DNA of 62,683 bases, the filler included, from Collodictyon triciliatum (Eukaryota): NCBI GenBank assembly GCA_043381765.1. It is 8 parts of 8 records of this genome, joined end to end, with 100 filler letters (N's around TTAATTAATTAA, not from the genome) between each part and the next. Parts side by side here need not be neighbours in the genome. Positions count along the whole stretch, not along the records: positions 1 to 7,768 come from JBHJMP010003762.1; positions 7,869 to 15,625 come from JBHJMP010003763.1; positions 15,726 to 23,476 come from JBHJMP010003764.1; 5 more parts are not named here. The stretch is one strand, 5' to 3'. Under the pieces are notes generated by a model. That model did no database searches. It was not told the DNA's origin and saw nothing but the letters and a program-made list of their open reading frames with translations. The position numbers were made by a program, and so were the translations under genes. Of the stretch, positions 1 through 21,347 are shown piece after piece. The number at the start of each line of letters is the position of its first letter. Position 1 is the stretch's first letter.

Positions 1-107
1 GAAAAAAGAAAAAAGGAAAAAGAAAAAAGAAAAAAGAAAAAAGAAAAAAGAAAAAAGAAAAAAGAAAAAAGAAAAAAGAAAAAAGAAAAAAGAAAAAAAG
101 GAAAAAG
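1..107. repeat. (GAAAAAA)n simple repeat at scaffold end
   Basis: Direct reading. Confidence 0.95.
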
Positions 108-154
108 AGTTGACATAAGCTTAATAAAGAAAAGGAAAAGAAAGAACCACCACC

Positions 155-2204
<2,050 letters not shown>

Positions 2205-2588
2205 TCAACAGTTGAAATACCGTTTATATACACTATTATCATCATATTGTCGCTTTTTTTTTATTTCGGGTTTATTTTGTTATTAGTGTTTTTTCTTCCT
2301 CTGTCTGTTCTTATTCCATGAGGAGATGAAGATAACAATAACAATACATAAATAAGTAAACTTAGACCCAATCGGGATATTACACCTCACTCTTTTTTTT
2401 ATTTTTCTCAACACGATGCATTTTTCATTATAATCGAGATATAATTGGCTTTTACACATTAGTTTAGCCAAAGAAGGATTATTCTTGTCACAAAAGATGG
2501 CGCGTTTTAAAGAGGGATGTTTTGTCCGTTGTCATTTTATTTGAGGTGCACACAAAACCACAAAGAAGTTTTCCTGTCCAACACAACA

Positions 2589-7400
<4,812 letters not shown>

Positions 7401-7675
7401 AAAATAGGATTAGACACTTCAGAATCGCACTGAGTTGCAGACGATTAATTTTTATTTATTTATTTTTTTTGCAACTTAGTCTAAGTTTTTAAAAATATCT
7501 TTTACGATCTTCCATCTTTCAAAAATAGTACCAAGTTAGATAAATGTTTATATATAAAAGTGAAAAGCGAACTGATTGTTTTCTGATCTGTTGCGAACAT
7601 CTTATTGCGAGTTTTCCTTGAAGATTGTTTAGTCAGAAAATTGGATATGTATATCATATATGAATGAGCCAAAGA

Positions 7676-7768
<93 letters not shown>

Positions 7769-7868
7769 NNNNNNNNNNNNNNNNNNNNNNNNNNNNNNNN
7801 NNNNNNNNNNNNTTAATTAATTAANNNNNNNNNNNNNNNNNNNNNNNNNNNNNNNNNNNNNNNNNNNN

Positions 7869-7963
<95 letters not shown>

Positions 7964-7990
7964 AAGATAGATAGAAAGATAGATAGATAG
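7676..7990. repeat. (TTA)n and (AGAT)n microsatellites at two scaffold ends either side of an artificial spacer
   Basis: Direct reading. Confidence 0.95.
7769..7868. other. Artificial 100-bp scaffold spacer (N44-TTAATTAATTAA-N44); also at 15626, 23477, 31327, 39167, 47007 and 54845
   Basis: The same six-frame-stop linker recurs seven times at ~7.85 kb spacing, and genes are cut off at these points. Confidence 0.97.
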
Positions 7991-8119
7991 AAAAATACGG
8001 AAAGGAAATTTAAATAAAAGAAATGACATATTGAAGAATGAAAACGAGTATCATAATATATACTAAATATTTCTTGACTTAAACGAATCTCTGGAAGTGT
8101 CATACATATGAATAATCAC

Positions 8120-9999
8120 CCTTTGTACAACGTTCCCAAAATTGAAATTATGATAACGAGGAAAATCAAGAAGACCAGCTATAGATGAAGTTATCGGCAT
8201 AAATGGCTGTACATGTGAATTTGCTTGTTCGAAAGACTTTCATGATGTAAATTCTGCAAAATTCAAAACCTGATAGCCCACCCCTATGAGAGAGGAAAAC
8301 AAGACAAGATTTGATGGTGACCGAAATACATCTCCATGAATTTGTTTCCATCCACTTTCCTCTGCGTCCTGGACCTATGATATAATATATATTTACAAGA
8401 TATATGAAAAAAATTATTATGCCTCTGAAGTTATTTTTACGATTGTAATTCGCTTTCGAAATGACAAACGAGTTCGATTCCCTCAGATTCATGTTTGGAA
8501 TAGCGGGCATAATCCTTTTTCAGAGCTCTCATGAGAATCATGGATACAAGCCCGACCAGGAAGATGACCATCATGAAAGAATTAAAAATGGAGAACCAAT
8601 GAATCTAGTATATGTAACCACTCATAGAATTGATGTATTCAAAAATTTAACTTTATTTGATGTAGGTATTTCCCTCACAGAATTGCTCGGCAAGCATAGA
8701 GAGCTTCGTTACTAATACTAGTGTCATTTAACTAAATACCCAGCTACATTAACTCACCTGGTGCTCAAAGAAATCATAATCCAGATATTTTTCAAATCTA
8801 TCCTGAAAAGATGTAGTGACTGGAATCCAATCGACCGAATAGCTGAATGAAATATCCATGTTTTTCGATATCAAAACAGGGTCTGCTGAAGTAAGATTCA
8901 CCTCAATGATCTGAAAGCAGAACGCCATTTCATGATTTTACTCAAAGATAACTATGATAAAAATGGAGGAAATGGTGATTTATGAAAATTTAAACGAAAG
9001 TTTGTATAAGTAAATAAAAAATCACGCGGTCTTTATTGAACCCGATGGAAAACTTCCTATGCGTATATACATATATATCCCGCTCAGGGGAACCGTTGTG
9101 TAAGGGAATGACCTCACCCACCATCCCCCATATTGGAAGCTCATCTAAAGTGAAGTTGATTGGTTGTCATTCAATTTTGTTTGTTTATTTTAAAAAAATA
9201 TTTAATTGCAGCACGTGCATGCCTTGAAAAATACGACTTCGAAGCATGTACTCACCCAGGTACATTTGATACCAATAATGTCTCTTTACAGACTCGATAA
9301 ACTTGGCTGCCTCCTCTTCAAGAAGAGTCTGCGTGCAAACAACTGTTTTCTTCTGAATCTCTGGATAAAAAAATATGCCAAATTCGAATTTTATACAGAT
9401 ATACCCAGTTTAATGCATCCAAAGGAAGCAGGTTAAGTGGCCGTTAAGAGAAAAGAGAGGGAAAATAGTTTACTTTGATCCTTGCTTGATTGTTTTCTTT
9501 GTGGAATCTCACTAACCTTTGAATCTAATTTTGTACCCGCTATTGATCAATTCATTTCCTTCCAGTGCCTCGCCCAAGCCTTCCCTACGCTGCTCTTTCT
9601 CTGCCGTTGGCTTACAATATGGAAGGTTGTAGAAAAGGTACGTTTCCTGGGGATTGAAATATGGGCCCACTTTATTGAACCAAAGCTTTACTACCTCGCC
9701 ATCTTCGTACTGCATGAATTAAGTTGAATTGATTTGAAAGATGAAAAAGCCCGCAGTATAAAAAAAAAGTCAGCTAAGGAACGAAAGCATAATATTATAT
9801 TCTAAAAACAAAAGAGAAAATGTTTCATGTTATGTAGTAATGGTTTCCTACTAAAAGTGCGAGGGTGTTTGGATTTTCCATGAGGAAAACTTACCCGGTG
9901 TGACTTTTCATCCCCGACAGCAGAATACACAAAAATCAATAGCAATAACGAGACCAGCGAAAGTTGTCTAGAGGATTCTTTCCCACGACCGGACGACAT
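8120..9999 (-). CDS. TM9SF3: Transmembrane 9 superfamily protein (TM9SF3/TMN1-like), 5' half; 3' truncated by scaffold end
   Basis: Signal peptide exon, then [82 protein letters not shown] and [14 protein letters not shown]. Confidence 0.9.
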
Positions 10000-12087
10000 C
10001 AACAAACAAGAACTAAAAAAGAGAGTGAAAAAAAAAAATCGACCAGCTCTCTTGATTTCTGTTTCTTGTTAATGAGTGGAGGGGAGCAAGATAAACTACA
10101 ATACGTTTACATCCTCTTTTTTTTTTTTCCTTTATTCGATTCAAAGTATAGCGAGGTTATGCCAATACGTTTACATCCTAACATGGATGGAAGAAGAAAA
10201 AAAAACAATGTGGGGAGAATGAGGCGGCTTCATAGAAAAGCCATCTAAAATAATGGCTCTATCGTTTCATTAGAGCAGTCTTGAAACTCGTTTATTTACC
10301 AACGCGTCATCCGCAACGCCCAAAATTACAGCAGCTTTTTACTATTAAAAAAAAAAAGAAAAAAAAAGGGGAAGTGAAAGAAAGTGGCGAAGCGTATGAA
10401 TTCACTTGATCGACTTTGTCATTTTCTCCGGTTTTTTTTTCGCCAGGCAAATCACGCACTATAAAGATCGGGGCACATAGAGAGGGTGGAATCAACTAGA
10501 ATCCTCGATAAAGCCGCTTTCTCTTCAGTCAAGGAGTTTTCTTTTTCTTTTTCTTTTTCTTTTTCTTTTTCTTTCTTCTTTCTTCTTTCTTCTTTTCTTT
10601 CATCAGCTTCGGGGCTTTTCAAGCAGAGATCGATCCCTATGCCAACGGCGGTCTTGTTCGGCTTTGATCGAGTGATATCCAAGAGCGGATTCTAGTTGCT
10701 CATCCCAAATGGAGATGAAATTTACAACAATATATATTTTACACAATAGCATGATTTGCAAAAATTTGTAATGTATTGACTTCGTCAAAAACAGATTGAA
10801 ATGAGATTGAATAATTTTTCCAGTAGTGTATAATCCAGGAAGGCATCGTCCCATGCACACCATGTAATTCATCTCTTGTGGAAAGTAGCGAAGGGAACAA
10901 GAGGGCCGTGGGGATTGTCGCTTGGCTGGCTTGGAGTACGGCTGGAAATCTTGCAGAAAGTAAAAGATAGGAATCACAATCACAAGCTTGCAGAATAAAA
11001 TGACTCTGACCAGCCTACTAGCATGTGATAAGAGGGAAAAGGAAAGGGAAGGCCAAAGAGATGGAAGCGCAAAGCGAACAGGGGGTTTTTTTTCCCTTTG
11101 TTGATCTTTTTCAAGCTCTGTGTTGTCGGCACATGGGATCGGCTGGTTAGCTGATCATTAATTCCCATCCGAGCGGTGGCCTGACTTGCCTAATCATACC
11201 ATAACGGATATGGTTGTCCTTGCCTCAAACGGTGTCGTTTGATCGACTCGCGAAACCCACACCGCCTTGGCTACTACTTTTCGATCAGCCCTTCTGCTGC
11301 GCACATACATACACACTCAAGCACACTTGCCGCGGAGCTTTCGAGCTACTNNNNNNNNNNNNNNNNNNNNNNNNNNNNNNNNNNNNNNNNNNNNNNNNNN
11401 NNNNNNNNNNNNNNNNNNNNNNNNNNNNNNNNNNNNNNNNNNNNNNNNNNNNNNNNNNNNNNNNNNNNNNNNNNNNNNNNNNNNNNNNNNNNNNNNNNNN
11501 NNNNNNNNNNNNNNNNNNNNNNNNNNNNNNNNNNNNNNNNNNNNNNNNNNNNNNNNNNNNNNNNNNNNNNNNNNNNNNNNNNNNNNNNNNNNNNNNNNNN
11601 NNNNNNNNNNNNNNNNNNNNNNNNNNNNNNNNNNNNNNNNNNNNNNNNNNNNNNNNNNNNNNNNNNNNNNNNNNNNNNNNNNNNNNNNNNNNNNNNNNNN
11701 NNNNNNNNNNNNNNNNNNNNNNNNNNNNNNNNNNNNNNNNNNNNNNNNNNNNNNNNNNNNNNNNNNNNNNNNNNNNNNNNNNNNNNNNNNNNNNNNNNNN
11801 NNNNNNNNNNNNNNNNNNNNNNNNNNNNNNNNNNNNNNNNNNNNNNNNNNNNNNNNNNNNNNNNNNNNNNNNNNNNNNNNNNNNNNNNNNNNNNNNNNNN
11901 NNNNNNNNNNNNNNNNNNNNNNNNNNNNNNNNNNNTTTTTTTTTTCTCTCTTCTATTTCGAAATGCACTTAGGGCACGAACCACTCACCCCTAAATTCAT
12001 TTTATCTCTTTACTTCTGGAAAAGAAGAAAGCCCATTTTCTTCATCTTGATTGAATGCACCTTAGTCTTATCTTTCCTTCCAAAAAG

Positions 12088-12561
12088 GACTACATATCAG
12101 ACGTGTCATGGTCTCCATTCAGCTCCACTGTGTTCTGCTGCGTGACTGGCGATGGCCGTGTTGATATATGGGACTTGCATGTGTCTCAGTAAGCGAGTCA
12201 TCCTCAATCAAAGCCTGTTCATCCTATCCAATACGAACCTCCAAATAATGCACTCGATTTTCGTTTACTAATCCGAAAAGGAAGACAACAAAAAAGAAGA
12301 AAGAAAAGCAGTGACAATCACCATAATAATGACTTTCGACACAGACACGACCCGCTTATCACTCGGCGCGAGGATGGGCAGAAACTGTCCTGTGTGCTCT
12401 TTTCGCACAAATCACCCGTCATTGTAGTGGGCAACGACCTCGGACAGGTCAATGTCTACAAACTGAAGAACGTCGAGCTCTTTGCTGATGGACGACTCTC
12501 GGACGAAGAGCAGCGTATTCGACTGGAGAAGGCGATGTCGTCCAAGGAGGTCTCTGAATGA
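12088..12561 (+). CDS. Last two exons (12088-12188, 12345-12561) of a WD40 axonemal dynein intermediate chain, WDR78/DNAI4(IC138)-like
   Basis: Translation: DYISDVSWSPFSSTVFCCVTGDGRVDIWDLHVSQHDPLI...LSCVLFSHKSPVIVVGNDLGQVNVYKL...EEQRIRLEKAM. GT-AG intron in correct phase. Upstream part lost in the N gap. Confidence 0.75.
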
Positions 12562-13358
12562 CCCCGACACATCAAGAATCGCCCTCGTTGTGTGCGTAGG
12601 AAAGGATGGAAGAAGAAAAAACGAGAAAAAAAAAAGGGAAAAATTCACTATTCATGCGGTTAACGTTGTTAAGATGAAGCAAAAGAGAGCTTTTTTTTTT
12701 CCTCTGTTTTCTTTTGTTTTGTTGTTTTTTGTTCATGATTCTATCAACGACTGCGTCGATAACGATGAAACTGGAAACAAGGCGACAGAGAAACAAGCGT
12801 GATTAATATATATGCGCTCAAAAAGAAAGTCATGAAATGTTAACTGTCGAACGAATAAACCAGAGTAACAAACACATAGGAAGAAAGTGATGTAATCCCA
12901 AACTCTATGAATGGTCAAGCAAAGTCCTGCTTGGCAATCGCTCTTTCATGGGACGTGCCACACGCCGTGATTGAAATGCGACAAAGAACTCTCGAATGGA
13001 AACGCTGTCAAAAAGATGTTGGCTGCTGTTGCATTTAAAAATTGGCTGGCTTTCACATCCGTTCATCTTTTTCTTTTTCTGTTTGCTCACTGAATATGCA
13101 TTTGGGTGTTTCGTCAGATGGTCATTTCAGTCGATGTCCTGTTTTGTTTTGTTCTGTATTGTTTTGTTTTGTTCTGTATTGTTTTGTTTTGTTTTGTTTT
13201 GTTTTGTTTTGTTTTGTTTTGTTTTGTTTTGTTTTGCATTTTTGTTTTGCATTTTTGTGTCTTTTTATCATCATTGTTTTGAACATTTTTTTATTAATTT
13301 TTTTGTGTTGTTATTGTTGTTGTTCGTTTTCTAGCGAAGAGGCCGAACACTGCGTGCC

Positions 13359-15404
13359 TTAGTCAAAAAACTTTCTGCTTGTAGAGGCGCCAAAGAGAGT
13401 CTCCCGCGACGATGGAAGTGTTCCTTCGAAAGTCAGGTTCAGGCGCGTGTCGAGTGTGTTGTCAACGCGAATCCGGCCCTCCTTTGCAAGAAGAACAGCG
13501 CCACCGACACTATGCGAGAGTTTGTGCGTTCATAGGACTGTGCACCAGTGCCATGCGATACAATATTGGCTTGATGCATTTGTACGAACATATGAATATC
13601 TTTGTTTCTTTTACAAAAGAATGCTTATTTTTTCCTTTCTCTCTCTCTCTCCTTGTCACTTCAACCCTTTTTCTATGACTTTTCTGCGCCAATGTTTCCT
13701 TGGATTCATGACTGATGGGTGTTGAGAAGGGCAATTGGGGGTAAAATGAAAAAGAATGTCGGGGACTTGTGTTCTGGGTCACCGGGTCTTACCAGGTGAT
13801 GTGCTTTGGGTCATATGCGCAGGTCAGTGGCTTCTTCGTCTTTCGGCGATAAGCCTCGGCTGCTTCATCTACGCAAGTCTGGAAGAATAATCCAGGCAGG
13901 TTGCAAAAGAAAGTAGTTAGCCAGAGTGAAAGGTGGGTCCTTTATGAAATTTGATTGTTTACTCTATGAGCTTTGATGCATGGTTGGCAATTCAAAATAT
14001 AATAAAAATAATAAAAATGATTGACATCTAGCAAAACTTATTATTTTAGTAAAAGCGATGATAATGGCGATAAATCTGGGTGTAGTAGAAAATGCACTTG
14101 GATTATCTTTGCGTCATCTGCTCTGCTTTGAATGGTAACATTTGGCTCGTCGATGGAGAGCAGACCCTAAAATAAGCGTTTGGGAGATATTGAAATACAA
14201 TCGAGACGCTAAGAAATGAGGCGAAGAAGACGGACGTGTTTTTTATGTCAGCTGAATGCTACAACATCATGCAGAAGAATAAAGCGATGTCATCGATTCT
14301 CTGTATTAGAGTATGACCTGTAAAATCAGATTTTTGAGAAGCTTTTGATAACGCGCACTTTGTGCAGTAAGTTGAGGTAAATGCTGCTCTGCGACGGTCA
14401 GCAAATGGCGTAAAACCTCATCCTGTGCCCGAAGGATTTGAATGCGTGATTCTTGATGCATGTTGGCTATTTTTCTGGTGGTGTTTATCTTTTAGGGCGC
14501 CGGAAGGAATCATTAAAGAAGAACACGAGAAATTAAAAAAAGAATAGCAATGAATCTTTTTCCATGTTTATTGATAGAATTTCCAGTCAAAGATGGGGTT
14601 TTGAAACATTTGCTTCATAAAGTTACATCGCAAAATAGAAATTATGAATAAATTTATCAGTAAAAAGACATAGTCAGAAATTCGCCTTTTCAAAAGTCAT
14701 AATTTTTTTTTACTTCTGTTTCCTATTCAATATTCGAAAAAAAAAACCGGGAGAATTACTTTTCACGAATGAGCGATAACCACAAACAAAGAATACATCA
14801 AAATAATAAAGATTTAAGCGTATGTGTGTGATCATTAAAATATTAATATTAACATGATGATGAGAGCGTGTGTTTGTGAACGTACGTTTTCCTCTGCACT
14901 TCGATAGTCTTAAACTTCTTTTCATACTCTTTCATAATCTTGATCTTCTCCGCCTGAACAATCTGCGATTTTTCCATGTGAAACTCCTCTAAACTCGATA
15001 AAAAGGATGATAAAATAAATCAAAGGGAATCGAGAAAATGTTCCCTACCAAAAAAAAAATCCCCCACAAAATGGAGTCTAATGGATATCGAAAGTAAGCA
15101 AAAAGGAGCAAAAGTAACTAAAAATGAAAATGAATGAAAACAGAATGAAGCGTAATATAATGGAACTTAAATGCAATCTTGAAAGAACAAAAGGATTCCA
15201 CTCACATAACCACCAGGGAGGCATTAACAAAACGAAAAAAGTTCTCGAGATCTTATCTTGGCAGGCGGGTGAAGAAAAGAAGGGAAAGAACGATTCTCAC
15301 AAACCTTCGGCCTTCTCGTCAATTTCGCGGGCCTTCTCCTCAGCTTCCTGGTGGATGAAGTTTATCATTTGCTGGATCTGCTTTTGGACCTCGGCTTCGT
15401 TCAT
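13359..15404 (-). CDS. ATP6V1E: V-type H+-ATPase subunit E, multi-exon
   Basis: [86 protein letters not shown], and terminal LFGASTSRKFFD*. Confidence 0.95.
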
Positions 15405-16357
15405 TCTCAAGAGCTAACCCCTAAGCAGCCTTCTGGAGTCTTGTATCTGCTGTCTTTTCTTGGTTTTCTTACTGGCGACTCCCGTGCGTCGGCCCAGTCT
15501 GCACGTTGCCAATATTTTATTTGGGATTTTTATGCTGTTTTTTTTGTTTTTTTGTTTTTTTGTTTTTTTGTTTTTTTTTGTTTTTTTGTTTTTTTTTTTT
15601 TTTTTTGTTTTTTTTTTTTTTTTTTNNNNNNNNNNNNNNNNNNNNNNNNNNNNNNNNNNNNNNNNNNNNTTAATTAATTAANNNNNNNNNNNNNNNNNNN
15701 NNNNNNNNNNNNNNNNNNNNNNNNNAAAAAAAAAAAAAAGACATGTCCCCAACCGTTCATATTGGGAAACTCGAGCCGTCAAGAACCGAGAGCTCCACTT
15801 GGTAAAGTTAAGTTTAGTCATCCGCAGCAATGAATGCCTAAATATACCAAATATCAATTAAAAAACAGTCAACCAAATGGGTGGTTTCAATATCTTTAAT
15901 ACACAAGGAAATAATATCCGCATGAAAGACCGCGATGGATGTTTCAAAATATTGCCTACATCCACAAAACGATGGGGATGAGGTAATGAGCATAGCGTAA
16001 AGAAAAGTTCAGAAACAAAGGACAAAAGGCAACTCTCGGCCGATAAATTGCCTAAGAGCGCGCTGGAAAGCATGAAAACCTTTGTGTCAAGGCTCTGAAA
16101 TCCTAAGCTACATCGAATGACTCGGAATTATTGAAGAGAAGAAATGAATAAACACCTTTTTATTTCTCTAAAGGCTCCTGGAAGTACCGAACATACAGTC
16201 GCGTGCGCGCCGCAGGCAAGAGACCGCACAATTCTACATGACTAATCACTCACTACAGACACGCACAGCAAAAGGACGCCCACAAACGTATTTTGATCCA
16301 TCGTTCAGTGTTTAATCACGTTGCTTTCGTGCTTGGAGGGTAAGCATTTTCAAGCCC

Positions 16358-19300
16358 TCAGAGCTTGGACTTTGTCTGAGACGCAACCGTAGCGAAGACT
16401 CCGGCTATCTCGTCCATCGCCTCGATGACGGACTCACTCATCCTTTCGGTGGAGTTCTCGGAACATGACACTGGCTTGCACGTGACTTGTAGCTACATTT
16501 CGTGACATTTTGAAAACATACAATCCGTGAAGAGTATTATATGAAAACCCCAAGAGAAAGAACAGATAAAATGGACTAGATTGATAACCAGCAACATACC
16601 CGGATGTAGTCAGGGCGAATGGTGTAGCAAATTCCATAGCCGTCAGGAACAAGAGGCCCGAACCCCCTGTTTAAGCAAACCCACCAAAACAGGTGATATT
16701 CGACATATCATTCATTCATTTCTTATTTTTGCGAAAGTGTGGCGATGCTTTAGTTATACATGACAAAAGTGTATGACTACACAGTACCCATGAAAATTCG
16801 TATTCGGCGAGATGTTGCTAGTAGATAGCTTGTATGTAGTTGAGGAGCGGAATGCGGGGTCCGTAAATATCTCTGAAAAAACAAAACAAAAAAATGCTTT
16901 TAAAAAGGAATCTAATTGTCCGATTGCAGCGAGGCAACAGAAAGCACCATTCAGTCTTTCGTTTCACCTGGCATGTCTCCCCCATCTTCCATGGCCAATA
17001 TACGGAGTCCAAGTAAGTGGCGATCGCAACCCTACAGTGAGCCACGAAGTGAGGGATGATGATGCCATACTACCATGAATTACAAATCAGAAGACATTGT
17101 GATGTTTCATACTTTCCCAACCGATGCGTCAGCCATAAACATCAGGTGAGCCTTAATTGCGGTTTGGAGGGCCTTCACTTTCTCCTCTGCGGAAGCAGCT
17201 GACATATAATTATAAAAATATATATTGGTGATACGATTACTTGAAGCAGGTTGAAGGAAAAAAAAGAAAAAAGAAAAAAGAAAAAAAAAAGAAAAAAAAA
17301 GAAAAAAGAAAGAAAAAGAAAGAAAAAGAAAGAAAAAGAAAGAAAAAGAAAGAAAAAGAAAGAAAAAGAAAGAAAAAGAAAAAGAAAGAAAGAATAAATT
17401 AATAATTCCCACAAGGGTCGGTCATTGCCCTTGTGAATGCAACAGTCTCATTTGTTAGAGTGCGCCCTGTTTCCGTCCTACGTATATATATATATTCAGT
17501 ACTAAATGGTGGATTATTCATTCACATATCTCTCAACGCACGTAGCCGAGAGATTACCTTCCGTGGTAAAAACGACGAGTGGCAGCAGTTTCATAGGTGG
17601 GGACGTTTGATTTGTGAAGCTAAACGAATATATACATAATCGTCATAATCACAGGATGTTATTTGAATATAAATATGACAAATTCAAGTTAATTTCTGAA
17701 CGTTCCTTTGAATGTAAGAGAGGACAAAATACCTTATAATAGGCCAATTGAATAGACATCTGAACGAAAGAATCGGGACTGGGAAAAAGAAAAAGAAGAT
17801 AATTCAAATGGGTCGAAACGTCATATAAACATAAACAGAAACGTTACTCCAGGGGGGGGGGGTCGACTGGTTTCTTAACATATCCATGCTATTTTAAGCT
17901 AAATATTACCTGACTTTCATTTTCTTTAAAAGATTCGAACCAAATCGATCATAGTTGAAGAATCGAAGTTGGATATCGTCCGAGAAGGTTTTCCAATCAT
18001 CAGCCGCTGAACGTAAAAATTAATTTGAGTACAATAGATTCTAAACAATTGAACCTAGAACCAATATGTTGTAGTTAAAGTAGTCAGCAAACCTTCATCC
18101 ATCGATTTTTCGATTTCGTCATTCAACTTCCACTCAAGATAAATAGGAGGCTCGGCATTCAGATTTGGTAGAGTGATTCCATCGAACGGGTCTGCATCTA
18201 TGCTCGTAGCGACATATTTGTAAAAAATGGGCAAATACCGACATATGTTTATCATCAAGCCAGGCATACCATCTGGTCTCAAATCTCGGATTCTATTCAG
18301 AGAAAAATCCATCATGTAACCGCCGGATGGTGCATCTGAAAATTCAGAAGCATTCCATCAAATATATGACGATCAATTAATTAATTGTTTTTTTTTTAAA
18401 AAAAAAATTGCTTTCTGGGCACTTGTTCATATGACAAACCATATGGAGAGTGCTCGCCATTCCCTCCAGATAGACCGTTTTTAAAAACGATGTTCTGCAT
18501 AATCTTATCAAAAAATCGATTATCTGCGTCTCTATTATACAAACAGTATCATATTTGATTAAACTTTTCATCTGAAGGCTAACTCCTGTATTTACAACGA
18601 ATATCGCCATTAATTCCTCATTGTATTGATTGGTTACTACCCAGCAAGTGCCAACAGCCCAGCCTCGCTATCATTCTTTGGCGAAGCCTCGTCCAGAACA
18701 ACGACCTCAATTGCAGTCGAGATTGCATCTGCATGTTCAGTTTCGTAGCTTTGGGTTGAGGGATGTATAAACAAAGATATCACAAACATGGAAGAAAAAG
18801 AAAAGGAAAGGAAGTTTACACACCGAATGAAGCAACATTAACAGGATGAAGATCCACCATCTTCTGCCTCGTAGAGCCCCATCGCCTACGGTCGCCAGCC
18901 GTAAGAATACCGATAGTATGCTTTGGACTTGGTCTCTTTGCACTGAAAATGATTCGTATCGGAATATTAGACAACCCATATCAACCGCTTCATTATCGAT
19001 GGGGGCATCATTGACATACTGTCATTTAGCCATTCCCAGTAAAAAAGGGAGTAAAAAATAAAATAAAATGAAAACACTATGAACAAAGCAAGTAGACTTT
19101 TTTTTTTTTTACAGGGGGTTGGACTCAGTGTTAAAGATGAATAGTATATGTTACCTGTCCTCCAGTATCCAGTCAAAGTAAGATTCCAGTTGTTTACTGG
19201 TGACACTACACATGAATTAAGTTTATTGCTTTTTTCTTGAATAAACTCCCTTGAATTCCTGCATCAAGTACTGCCTTCAAAATTAATATAATTGAGTACC

Positions 19301-20970
19301 CATCGAGCTGTACTTTGTAAAAGTGTTTTCGGCTGATCTGAATTAAACGTAGATGATATTTTAAAAATCAATTCATTGATAAGTATTATTCTTATTACTG
19401 ATTAAAAAAAGGGATGTTTCTGACAATATATCCAGCTCAATCTCCTAAATGAATTTCTGCGAAGCTTACCACGATGCAGTGAGCCCCTGGAGTAAGAGTA
19501 TGAAGCTCGTCCATATCTCTGTATTCAAAAATTATATTCTTACTTGATTTTTAGGAACCAAAATATATGCTTTCCAAGCCAAACATAATTGAATAATATC
19601 ATGGCAAAAAGACACACGGTCCAGGGATGCGTATTGTTGTGCTGAGCTTAGTCATCTGATGCATATCCAAAGGTATTTTCCCACCCAAGTAATGAGCAGG
19701 AAATTGTTGGTGAATCACCATCTTTCGAAATAATAGATTCCCTAAGATAGGTTGTTAAAAGTTAAAAATAGTTTACAGTCGCCTCCTATCAAAACAATTT
19801 TTCCTAAGGGATTATCTACATGGAAATCGCAATCCTGGTGCGTCTAGTCGAGAAGTATAATCGTGCAAGTATGGACAAAAGGAACACGAAAGGAAAGTTG
19901 GAGTTAGGGGAAACATACCGATCAGCAAACGTGCCGCTTGACGAGACTGATGTGCAACACCGTGAAATCCAGGTTCAAAGAAGACATTGAAGTTAGAATT
20001 GATGGGAATGGGATCGGGCCAGTAAAGATACGCGTAGGTTTCCCACCACTTTTCGAGCCAATTCTATGTGTGTTGATTGATGCACGAGGAGTATGAAGTG
20101 AGTACGCCATATTGAGATTTTCATGCTCTCTGGGTATCATTAAGTGTAGGACAGCAGCATTCACCAACTTTAGTTGCAGAAGCCTTGGCCAGAAGCTTTT
20201 CTTGCAATCGTTCGCCCTCACCACCTATATAGAGGAGCACGGTTTCAATGGAGTCTTATTGTTTCTTTATTTACATGTTTGCTATTCACTGAGACCATTT
20301 CATAATTCTTCTGTTCTATATTGAATATTAATGGCATTATATCATGATATGAAAATCATATTTGCTATAAGGTCTGCTTTGTTTATTACTATCATTATGA
20401 ACCTATTGTTTATTTTTGTTGAGCCTTATACTGTGTGCCCAAATATGTGGTTGTGTTACGATCGGAAGAATAAATGAGAGAAGAAGAAGCGGGAGGAAAA
20501 AAAATAAGAAATGATTGACTGTGCAGAATCACTAACCAGGTGCGATGAACTGTGCCACAACTCTTTTGGAATTCTCCAGGTCCTCTGGACTCAGCACGGG
20601 CTCCAGCGACTTGAGATACTTTGCGGCTGTTTCCTGCGGTATGATTATTCCATTTATCTCTCCTCTTTATCTCTTTGTTAGGTAAGGCAGAGTTAAAAGG
20701 GGAAAAAATAAATGAAAATAAAGTTTCACAGACATGCAGCAAGGGGAAAAAAAAAAGAAAAAAAGAAAAAAGAAAAAAGAAAAAAAGAAAAAAAGAAAAA
20801 AGAAAAAAGAAAAAAGAAAAGTGGACAGAAGAAGGTGGCCCATCAAAGGGGTCCCTCTTATTTCTTTTTTCTTTTTGGTTTTCAGTTGTTTCTCTAACCT
20901 GCAAGCTTGGCACAGGCAACGGTGGAAGGCTTCCCTGGTTGCATTGGGTCGGCGTATAAGTGTAGCTCAT
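16358..20970 (-). CDS. Peroxisomal carnitine O-acyltransferase (CROT/CRAT-like), many exons
   Basis: QGSLPPLPVPSLQETAAKYL, SWLEKWWETYAYL..P.PIPINSN, NRFFDK, catalytic GEHSPYDA, SPDSFVQMSIQLAYY, PTYETAATRRFYHGRTET, GCDRHLLGL, FGPLVPDGYGICY. C-terminus ...QTKSKL* is a PTS1 signal. Confidence 0.92.
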
Positions 20971-21347
20971 CCTATATGATTCCACTGGTTAGCACATTGG
21001 CAATCTTTCTTCAGAGGAGCTGCTTTGCTCTATGCTCTGGACAGCGCGCAGCCTCTCGCAAGTCTCTGTTCCAGCCGATCACACGCTTCGATCAAGTGAT
21101 GAGTGCAATCTCTCAACGCGCCCACGGCCAAAGTCAGGCAAGCGAAGAGATGAATCCTGACATAAAAACAACTCTCTTCTCGGCCGCACAGAATCACCTC
21201 ACCCGCTGCGAAAACCGAAGCAGAGATTCAGTAAACCAAAGTATCAAAAGGAACAAAGAGCAAGCGGACGGTGGCGTCATTGTGCGCGTCATTGCGTGCG
21301 TCATTTATTCCAGATATGTACTCCGCTAGCCGGGCGCTACGCAGGGG

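Noticed and set aside
10440-11350. Possible small gene or ncRNA upstream of TM9SF
   Set aside because: No recognisable protein motif or snRNA/tRNA signature.
11214-12145. Long ORFs of 200-290 aa
   Set aside because: Open only because they run through a 585-N gap.
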